Assembly (NCBI GenBank): GCA_965644495.1
Contig: CBFFSA010000007.1
Coordinates: 372,001 to 436,000 of the forward strand
Source of the DNA: Perkinsela sp. CCAP 1560/9
Taxonomy: Eukaryota > Protista > Euglenozoa: Kinetoplastea
Direction of reading: 5' to 3'
Length of the DNA: 64,000 nt
Made by a program: the position numbers and the translations under genes. Within the stretch, counting starts at the first letter, position 1; each line of letters opens with the position of its first letter. Under the pieces are notes generated by a model. That model was not told where the DNA came from. It made no database searches and worked only from the letters and a program-made list of their open reading frames with translations. Shown one piece after another: positions 19,705-27,976 of the stretch.

Positions 19705-21372
19705 ATGGCGTCGTTGTTCCCGTACGACAGCGATGATGATTTCCCTTATCAAGCGGACGATGCGAAATCCTTATTATCGCCGGACGTCTCATTAACTTCT
19801 TGCACCTCGTATCCACAGATGTATGCGAAGGGTGCGGTTGTGAATCTCACGCCGACACCTTGTGATGATTTAGTTAGTAGTCTTCCTTTCAGACAGGATT
19901 TGGTGCAGAATTCTGTGCAACTTGGTACAAAGAAAGTTCTTTCCGATAAGAAAGCTTCATTGCACTCCAAAACGAAACTTCAACAAAATTTTGCGAATGC
20001 CCCGCTTTCGACACCGAGGCTTTCCGTTTCAAAACTAGACACTTCCTTGCCCGAATTTCCCATTCGGATAGATCCTCTCAGAGCAGACGAAAAGCCCCGA
20101 ATCGCAGACATTGAACCCGTTAGGGATGCGCTGCCTCCTTTTTCCACTCAACCGACATCATTTTCCCCTCCCAAGCCCAGTCGCACCATTTTTCATTTTC
20201 CCCATCACGCACCGAGTAGCAGAAAACCTTCTTGGTTCAGCAACAACACGACACGCCATTTCAATCAAACCGTTTCCTCGCGCTACCCCGCGCTTCCCCA
20301 GCACGAAATGTACGCCTTTCGAAACACCCATCTCGGAGGCGTCACGGTGTTACGGTGGGTTCCCTCCGTCCGCTCCCCCCGGTACTTCCTATCCGCGGGG
20401 ATGGATGGGCTGGTACGGCTGTGGGACTGTGAGTTCGAAGCTCACGAGCTCGGGCCCGTGGTGTCCTATCAAGGACATCAGAGAGGGATACGCGACGTGT
20501 GTACTTTGAGCACCGAAAAATTTATTAGCGCAAGTTTTGATGGGTATATCAGAGAGTGGGATGTGGAAAGTGGGACATCCTGTAGGGCGTATTCATTTTC
20601 TACGAGTCAAAATTCAGCATCCCCGTCTTTATGTGATGGAGGTTTTCCCTCCTGTTTAGAAGTTCCGCGGCTTTCATATGGTAACAGTACAGCTACAAAC
20701 TCAAACTATGTAGAGAGAAACGCTGGAGTAAACAATTGGGCGCCATTTGAGTCAAGTTCAACATCAAACCCGGGTGTCAGTGATTCCGTCTTTTTTAGTG
20801 GTCACTCCAAGGGAGCAATACGCCAGTGGGATCGTAGATCTCATCGAGCAGTGTCTGTGTGGAAATATCACGGGGACTCTATTAATGATCTACTTTATTC
20901 CGCTCATAATAATATCATGATCAGCTGTAGTGACGATAAGACACTCCGTTGTCTTGACGGGAGAATGCCAAAGCAATACAAGTGCGTCGCTGCATCACAC
21001 ATGAATGTGATTATGAACTTGAGTAGAGTTTCTGAGGGCTCTATGAAAACAATATTTCTGGCACATTCAATGGACAATCAAATACTCACGTATTCGTGTA
21101 CAGGTCAGACCTTGCGACTTGAAGACTCGAAATCTTTCTCTGGTCATATCGTAGTAGGATACCGAATTGCTGCGCATTGTAGCCCAGATGCGAAATATAT
21201 TTCATCCGGCGATAGCACAGGAAATTTTTGGTTATGGGAGGCGAAGTCACACCGTGTTGTGCGAAAATTTATGGCCCATGGTGGGTGCGTTTTATGCACA
21301 CATTTGTGGCATCCTTCTTTACCTTACCTTGTCACGGGCGCTTGGGATGGTGGTATTAAAATTTGGTATTAA
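19705..21372 (+). CDS. CDC40: WD40 pre-mRNA splicing factor CDC40/Prp17
   Basis: WD repeats with HSMDNQI, FSGHIVVGY..SPDAKYISSGD and WHP..VTGAWDGGIKIW, matching the Prp17 C-terminus. Confidence 0.8.
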   Translation: MASLFPYDSDDDFPYQADDAKSLLSPDVSLTSCTSYPQMYAKGAVVNLTPTPCDDLVSSLPFRQDLVQNSVQLGTKKVLSDKKASLHSKTKLQQNFANAPLSTPRLSVSKLDTSLPEFPIRIDPLRADEKPRIADIEPVRDALPPFSTQPTSFSPPKPSRTIFHFPHHAPSSRKPSWFSNNTTRHFNQTVSSRYPALPQHEMYAFRNTHLGGVTVLRWVPSVRSPRYFLSAGMDGLVRLWDCEFEAHELGPVVSYQGHQRGIRDVCTLSTEKFISASFDGYIREWDVESGTSCRAYSFSTSQNSASPSLCDGGFPSCLEVPRLSYGNSTATNSNYVERNAGVNNWAPFESSSTSNPGVSDSVFFSGHSKGAIRQWDRRSHRAVSVWKYHGDSINDLLYSAHNNIMISCSDDKTLRCLDGRMPKQYKCVAASHMNVIMNLSRVSEGSMKTIFLAHSMDNQILTYSCTGQTLRLEDSKSFSGHIVVGYRIAAHCSPDAKYISSGDSTGNFWLWEAKSHRVVRKFMAHGGCVLCTHLWHPSLPYLVTGAWDGGIKIWY

Positions 21373-21570
21373 AATTTGGGGTGAAAATTATCGTGCAATA
21401 CATTCTATTATTGATTCTATACATTTTCGTTCATTCTGGTGTATTCGAATTAGGTATTCGATTTAAATAGTATGCTTACAACGACGTTAATCGTAGAAAA
21501 CCCCGAATTTATGCTGTAAATCTGCCAATAGAATACATGTTTCGCAAGTTTAGGTGATTTCATTACATAG

Positions 21571-22134
21571 ATGTTTGCGACTTTTTACTTTTCGGAAGGG
21601 CATCGCCGCTGGCTCTCGTTCGCTGTTTATTTCTGGATATGCATTGTGGTCATACCGTTAGGTACTGTGGGATTTGTCTTGATTCCTATTATGAGAGATC
21701 CTTGTCCAGATCTTCCTGAAAGTGCTTTTATTTACTGCTCTAAAGATGCCTGTCTATCAGCCATTTGGGTCATAATTGCGTGTGCGTGCTACATGGTCAG
21801 GGCTGTGATTTTGATCATCGTTATATCACTGTTGCTTACGTCGCTGATAAAAATGGCGAATCTTTGTCATTTCGTTACAAAGAAATTCGTTCTTTTGCTG
21901 CACCTTTTTGTGTCCGTGAGCAGTATTATTGGCCTTGCAACTTACGTATTTACTTGTTCGTGTGGTTCCTCATGTGAACCATACTTGCTTCCGCGAAATG
22001 AACTAATCATTTCTATTCTTATACTTGCTTCATTCGATATTATTTTCTCGGCATTGTTGACGTTCATTTCCTCGAGTTTATTGAAAGATTCCGTCCTGTG
22101 TCGAAGCGAAACAAGAGCAAAGAAGGTCCCCTAA
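21571..22134 (+). CDS. Four-TM hypothetical membrane protein
   Basis: Four hydrophobic segments with Cys-containing loops. Confidence 0.6.
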   Translation: MFATFYFSEGHRRWLSFAVYFWICIVVIPLGTVGFVLIPIMRDPCPDLPESAFIYCSKDACLSAIWVIIACACYMVRAVILIIVISLLLTSLIKMANLCHFVTKKFVLLLHLFVSVSSIIGLATYVFTCSCGSSCEPYLLPRNELIISILILASFDIIFSALLTFISSSLLKDSVLCRSETRAKKVP

Positions 22135-22142
22135 GATTACTA

Positions 22143-22844
22143 CCGTATACACCCCCCCCGAGTAGTAGGACCCCGGCCAGGATTAGCCCCCCACCACCAG
22201 TAATACCCCCCAGTAACAAAGATTTGGCTCGGGAGGGTGGTTGGAGGGGGGAGGGGGTGTTGGGGAGGGTGGTGGTGGACGGGCGGGATGAGGGTGGCTG
22301 CTCAGGGGCGAATCGCGCAGTTGTGCGGTTGGCTGGGCGGAAAATCAACGCACTCACGAGCAAAAAAGGTCTTTGTTAAGCATAACCCCCAGTAACATGA
22401 ATTTGGCCATTTTGGTTCAAAATAGATTCTTTTGCTGGGGGGCATACGGTAATAATATTTGTAATTTCTCTATCGTAGGCCAAATATATTCTGGGAGATA
22501 CTACACCCCCGCCAAAAAGTATTGTAATTTGTTACCGTATACCCCCCCAGTAAGCGAATGGGTTTTGGGTCGAAATGGCCAAATCTCTCTTACTGGGGGG
22601 GTATGCTTTTTTGGTCAGGTTCCTCTTTTCTCCCAACTTTTTTGACTATTTTTTCTATTTTTCTGAAAACGTTTTAAAACGCTTCTTTGGGTTACCCCCA
22701 AGGTCCCCAACATGCAGTCACTCACCCCCTACCCCCTATACGCCTCCTATTGGGCTCCCAAGCAAAATCACTCTTACTGGGGGTCAGCCTAAAAAGGGTC
22801 AAATTTCTCTTACTGGGGGGTATCTTACTGGGGGGGGTACACGG
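22143..22844. mobile_element. MITE with CCGT...ACGG termini and TA target duplication (Tc2/pogo-like ends)
   Basis: TA|ccgtatacaccccccccgagta ... ttactggggggggtacacgg|TA. Many internal ccccagtaa/ttactggggg subterminal motifs; non-coding. Confidence 0.85.
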
Positions 22845-23159
22845 TAGTATGAAGTCTATGGAAACATAGCATGGCTCACACAGCACAAAGGCAGTACAAT
22901 TGGAAGTACAATTTGGAATTGGTAGTATTGACCACGAATTTTTGGTCGATACTAATGTAGAGGAAGAAGGAGGCGCAAGATTAAAAGCAGAAGGCTGGGC
23001 TTTCTTCCTTTTGCACAGGAAAGATTTGGGAGTCTAAGGAGTTGGGTTCAGGGTCAATGGTAGGCAGTATTGGAAGTAACTGGGAAGTATTGGAAAAGGG
23101 CAGTTAAAAAACTTGTTAATTGTTTTGAACATCTATGTAATATTCGTGCTACACTGTGA

Positions 23160-23765
23160 ATGCTGCAGGTATATAGGAAACTGTTGAAAAAGTCTGGAAA
23201 GCCCACTGAGCTTCCAGAATACAAGTACGTGTACGCGCCTTGGGAAGGCGATGGCCCATCACAGGAGCAAATTGAGCGAGCGCGGCGTAAATTTCAAACA
23301 GCAGCATCTTGGAAGCCACCCTACAAACCAATGACAGTCCCACATGTCCCAGATAATATGTACACCTTTGGCAAGGAGGGCATGACTGTCCCGATTGCTA
23401 TCTTTAAAGGGCAGGAAGACCCCGTCATTGGACCCGAGTGGACTTATCCTGGAATCTATGATATAAAAAAGTACGCAGCTGCGACCACAACAGAACAGCT
23501 TATCATGAAGGATCGAGAACTGAGATCGCAGGGAGAGTCTCTTCCCTACTGGCAAAGACGCTCGTTGCGCGTTCGAACGAATAACATTAACTTCATGGCG
23601 GGCGTTAAAATTCGTAGGGTAAGGTACGGCGCGTGGAGACCATTCCAACGTGTAAAAGGAAAAAAGACTAAATCTAGAGCCGAAACAGCCGCCCAAAAAA
23701 AGGCTGAGGCAGCGGCCGCTGCAGAAAAACAAAAACTTGAAGCGAAAGACACAACGAAGAAATGA
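23160..23765 (+). CDS. Mitoribosomal large-subunit protein mL54-like
   Basis: IAIFKGQEDPVIGPEWTYPGIY resembles the mL54 (PF Ribosomal_L37) IxKxGxDPxLxPxxxYPxW motif, followed by an Arg-rich helix. Confidence 0.55.
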   Translation: MLQVYRKLLKKSGKPTELPEYKYVYAPWEGDGPSQEQIERARRKFQTAASWKPPYKPMTVPHVPDNMYTFGKEGMTVPIAIFKGQEDPVIGPEWTYPGIYDIKKYAAATTTEQLIMKDRELRSQGESLPYWQRRSLRVRTNNINFMAGVKIRRVRYGAWRPFQRVKGKKTKSRAETAAQKKAEAAAAAEKQKLEAKDTTKK

Positions 23766-24285
23766 TAGTAAGTTGAATCAGTTGGGAAACTAGAATGTTA
23801 TATTGTTTGTTAGAAGAACAAGAACGAACAGAGTTGTTTGTTGGTAAGAAACTCCCTCCACGAAGTATATTACCATTATTTTATATTCGCATTTGATTAT
23901 GCTACGCGTTCTTTTGGACTACCCGTCCTATCGTAGGAAGGTTCAGCAAGGTGTAGTAGGGCTATCTGGTAGTGACCAGCTACGCAAACCACATAAGGTT
24001 GGCAAAGGGCTACTTTCTTCAGAAACTAAGTTGCAGCAACTTGTCCGGAACATTAGCAATCCGGACCATTCTTGGAGAGCGGAAAATGATGTTTGCTTGT
24101 GGTCTGGTGTAGTTTGCGATCCCTACAATGTAGTTGTGAAACTTTCATGGGATTTCTATGGGTTGTCTGGTACTCTTGATTTTAATTATTTCCCCGAAAC
24201 CATTAAACTGGTGTATCTGGATGGAAACAATTTTGTCGGTAATGTAGATCTTCAATTTCTTCCTGGAGTTTTGGAGCATTTGGAT

Positions 24286-24853
24286 AAAGATACAGTTTCT
24301 GTACCTTGTTGGTACATTTTCCCTTTAGTTCATCTTTTCTTTCCCCGGCATAATCTTACTGTTTTATATGCCCGTTGCCGGCCGGCACTAAGGCCGAAAC
24401 TGTCCCTCTTTCTCGGCGAAGTAGGGGACACGCTTCCACCCCATCACCCCTCCCCGGCTCACTCCTTGAGTGGGTTTTCTTCCCTCCCCGGCTTTCTTCC
24501 CTTCGCGCCCTTTTCTTCCCGGGGAGCCATGCGCCATGGTGGCCTCCCTTGAGGACCACTGGGCGTGGCTCTGCCTCGTCTTATCGCGAGGCAGCGGTCG
24601 GTTGCAGTGCGCCCCTCCGGCTGCGTAAAGAGATGGTGAGTTGCTTGGACCACCTCTTCCGACTGGGACCGAGTCGGTTGCAGTGCGCCCCTCCGGCTGC
24701 GTAAAGAGAGGGCGAGTTGCCTGGACCCCCTCTACCGACAGAGTCCGAGCTAAACCCCCTTGGTGCGACATCCGTCAATACGGATTGTGCCGATGATATC
24801 GGCTGTCGCATCAAGGGCTGTATCTCTGCGCCAACGAGCGCATGAACATCAAA
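24286..24853 (+). mobile_element. Non-autonomous TSD-less structured insertion with Helitron2/Helentron (HINE)-like ends
   Basis: Asymmetric inverted repeat agatacag (24288-95) / ctgtatct (24818-25), 5' hairpin tacag-ttt-ctgta, 3' hairpin tgcgc-caacga-gcgca (24827-42), internal tandem repeat and no TSD. Boundaries are ambiguous by 1-2 nt. Confidence 0.7.
24597..24748 (+). repeat. Two tandem 76-bp structured repeats
   Basis: Units start at 24597 and 24673 (gtcggttgcagtgcgcccctccggctgcgtaaagaga...). Confidence 0.92.
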
Positions 24854-25835
24854 ATTTCACATAATCGATTCACCGGCACTCCTGAGCTACGGTACCTTCC
24901 AGAGAACTTGATACACTTGCATTTTGCAGGGAATTGTTTTAAGGGGTACATAGATCTGAGCTGCTTGCCAAGAACGCTTGTCTCGCTTATGATTTATAAC
25001 AATCCTGAGCTCAAGGGAGAACTTGTGCTATCTAAACTTCCACTTAGCTTAGTTTACAAGAAATGGCATGGCACCGAAATCACGTGCATATAGGATAGGA
25101 TGTAAGAACGACAGTGTTTATTTACTTTTGAAGTAAAAATTATATTATAAAAATTATGTTATTAAAATTATATTATTGGTCTAATCTCCCATTTTTTTCC
25201 CAAATGTTTTTTGAAGTTTTGAAGGGCACTCCAAATACTAAAATTAGTTACTTGGATTTCATCTGCCCATCTTCTGAGGCTGAAATATGGACCATTCGTG
25301 CTTTCCATTTCCCATTTCGCTCGTTCATGTATTGTCCATACAGTATCGATACTCCACCGAACTCTATAAGTGTGTCACACCTTTTGCCAACCTGGTGTGG
25401 CACAATTTGAGCCCTAGAATTTGAGTCCTTGTTTTCTATAAATGTCCCCGAATGTCTCGGTGTAAATAAGTCAAAGTCTTCTCTTTCGTCAATACCAATC
25501 TAGTAGGATTGTAAAATCACTGAACTCGAAAAAACGTTGAAGTATTTTTTTTTTGAAACAAATTTGGGAGATTCCACCAAACATTTTCGTAAGTCAAAAG
25601 ACTTGGTCAAAAGTACTTTACTATGGGGAAATACATTATGGGATTATGATTTTTTGTTTCACTGGATTCGACTAAATCGTTCGCTGTTTCATCCCTGATA
25701 AACAACCATCGTGAACTGTCAGGAAAAAGTTTCCATACGTTTTTGTTGGTTCGACGTTCTTTATCAGATGCAGTTATTTTCTACAGTAGGATGCAGTCTA
25801 CAATTTACATTATTGTTGATTCTTTTCAGTTCAAG

Positions 25836-26831
25836 ATGAGGACTAGTGCCCATGTTTCAAATCGGCTACGCTCTGCATACTACGTGAACGCCATTTCGTA
25901 TTGGAGAATCCGGAGCTGGAAAACCTTTTTGACAAGACAGGATAGTGTAGCCCCGATGCGCACCACAGCACTGAAGTACCGCCCTTATTCAACGCAGACT
26001 CTTGTGCCAACCGATGAATCTGTGAACGTATCCCGAGCCTCCGGCAAAAGTCCTACAGCTCTTGTTAGTGCGTCGTGTACGCCAAATCCTATCAGTCGTA
26101 TGTTTCGAGGTCCTCAGTACCTTCTTCCTGGACAAATATTAAGTGTGCAATCACACACGGATGCAAATAAGTTTCCATTGGTGAAACGTTTATACGAAGC
26201 CGGGGAAAATATGCTACGTGATGTATACGTGACTGATAATTGCCTCACAATTAGCCTCGACTCCACGGGAGGCATTAACGTGGAAGAGGTATGGAATCGC
26301 TTTGCACCTCTTTTTTGCGAGATCATTGCGGAATTTGTGTTTGTCTCTTTAGAAAAAACACCCCATTTATCCAATGAAACTGATCAGGACAGAAGCTACG
26401 ATTCAACTTTGTACACAGGGCGCATTGTAAATCTCTTCAGTGGAGAGGCGTACGATGATGCAGCCATCTCTACTGTACCGGAATTTAGTTCAGGAGATGA
26501 CGATACGGAACCCAAGGCGACGGATTCAGATGCTGTACTAGCCATAAAAGAACTTCTTGCTACACGTGTTAAGCCAATGTTACAGGCGGACGGTGGCAAC
26601 TTGAAGTTTGTCGGTATGGATAGTGACGGAATCGTGTACATCCTTCTTCAAGGCGCATGTGTGTCATGTCCAAGTAGCTCTATTACGCTGAAGAATGGGA
26701 TCGAAAGAATGCTAATGCACTGGGTTCCTGAAGTTCTCGAGGTACAAGAAGTAGATGAAAACTATGCACGCGAATGGAATCAACAAGAACAGAAAGGCGC
26801 AGGATCTAAATCTAGTGAATCACCGAAGTGA
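25836..26831 (+). CDS. NFU1: Mitochondrial NFU1-type Fe-S cluster scaffold
   Basis: Nfu_N-like TPNP..F and NifU C-domain IKELLATRVKPMLQADGGNL..LQGACVSCPSSSITLKNGIERML. Likely ATG at 25836 after ttcttttcag. Confidence 0.92.
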   Translation: MRTSAHVSNRLRSAYYVNAISYWRIRSWKTFLTRQDSVAPMRTTALKYRPYSTQTLVPTDESVNVSRASGKSPTALVSASCTPNPISRMFRGPQYLLPGQILSVQSHTDANKFPLVKRLYEAGENMLRDVYVTDNCLTISLDSTGGINVEEVWNRFAPLFCEIIAEFVFVSLEKTPHLSNETDQDRSYDSTLYTGRIVNLFSGEAYDDAAISTVPEFSSGDDDTEPKATDSDAVLAIKELLATRVKPMLQADGGNLKFVGMDSDGIVYILLQGACVSCPSSSITLKNGIERMLMHWVPEVLEVQEVDENYAREWNQQEQKGAGSKSSESPK

Positions 26832-26997
26832 GAATACATCTTTTTCCTTGTCAATTATGCTACACTATTAAAACTATTCATTTCCTCATATTGATATGAA
26901 TTCCTTATCTTGATATTAAAAGCAAAAGCATTAATCATAATTTTTTATAGGTCGAGTGCATCATCTGCTTTAAAACAATATAAGATTTGTCATAAAA

Positions 26998-27471
26998 ATG
27001 CGAAGCAAACCTTCCCGTTCCACTTCGAGACCGACACATTCCTCCTCGACTCCTCATCGAGGCGGGTTGTTTGGGAGCGCTCAACGGTCCCACTCTACGA
27101 ATGCAAAAAGTGGAGCACCCGGTGCAGCAACGAGGACACAACCTGCTCCTCATTCGTCCGGACTTATGGGGACACTAGCGGCAAGTGCCACGGGGGCAAT
27201 CGCTGGTAGTGCATTGAGTCGGGCAATGTTTGGCAACTCGCAACCAGTGGAAGAATACGCAACTGGTGATAACAGTGCGGTACAAGGGAACGATACTTTT
27301 AATCCTACTGATTCTTCTGGACAACATTTGAAAGCACATCCGTGTGCTCCTGAAATGAATAATTTTATTCAATGTATGGAATCGAATCATGAAGGAAGTG
27401 ATTTTGTAAGTTGTCGTTGGCCATGGGAGACCTTCGAGCAATGTCACAGAAAATTTCCGCAACGATTCTAA
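26998..27471 (+). CDS. CHCH-domain mitochondrial protein (CHCHD2/Mix17-like)
   Basis: GLMGTLAASATGAIAGSALSRAMFG helix plus twin Cx9C motif. Confidence 0.85.
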   Translation: MRSKPSRSTSRPTHSSSTPHRGGLFGSAQRSHSTNAKSGAPGAATRTQPAPHSSGLMGTLAASATGAIAGSALSRAMFGNSQPVEEYATGDNSAVQGNDTFNPTDSSGQHLKAHPCAPEMNNFIQCMESNHEGSDFVSCRWPWETFEQCHRKFPQRF

Positions 27472-27976
27472 AGTTTAGCATTGTTATAATCCTACCCGTT
27501 CTCTATATTTTATTGCTCCTTTTTTTGAAATCCCTTTTGTTTCGAACACTGGATATGTTCGTCCTTCTTTATACCCCGTAGATTGACAAATCAGCAAAGT
27601 GTCCTGAGTACTGCTTGTAATATGATGTTACTCCTGGCGCAACGATATAATGTCGTAACCAGAGATGGTTAGAAATATTGTGAAACCGTTCCAATTGTTC
27701 CCCAACTATTTTACTGCTCTGCACATCCACGTATGTAAGCACATGTACGGGTAACAAATATATGTATTTCTCAGTAGAAAAACGTATTATCAGACTGCAA
27801 CTATTATCAGAACTGTTTATCCTACGCTGTCACTTTTTTTTGGTTGGACGAATTTTTTGCAACTCTAGAGCGTGTCATAAATCCTTTCATATTGTTGATT
27901 CACTTATTATACTTTTTCTATTATTAGCATTATTATTATTTAGTAAAGGTTTTTCTATTATACACGTTACCCGCAT

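Larger units (their letters stand above)
23899..25093 (+). pseudogene. Leucine-rich repeat protein gene interrupted by a 568-bp insertion
   Basis: LRR N-cap (W..VCLWSGVVC) plus 23-aa repeats. Removing 24286-24853 rejoins LPGVLEHLD and ISHNRFTG in frame with exact repeat length. Confidence 0.85.

Noticed and set aside
24375-24405. ggcc..ggccgaaac resembles hammerhead stem II-GAAAC
   Set aside because: No CUGANGA core upstream on either strand.
24597-24748. Minus strand has gguccaagc and ggaggggcg, reminiscent of twister ribozymes; the 76-nt tandem also recalls SIDER2/Pr77 signatures
   Set aside because: No P1-UAA cleavage strand, AAGC is not kept in copy 2, and no HDV-like nested pseudoknot or Pr77 sequence is visible.
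24356-24814. Several 60-130-aa ORFs inside the insertion
   Set aside because: GC-rich stop-poor sequence with no protein motifs.
25237-25500. About 80 open codons on the minus strand downstream of the LRR gene
   Set aside because: No recognisable motif or start; cannot be called a gene or transposon fragment.
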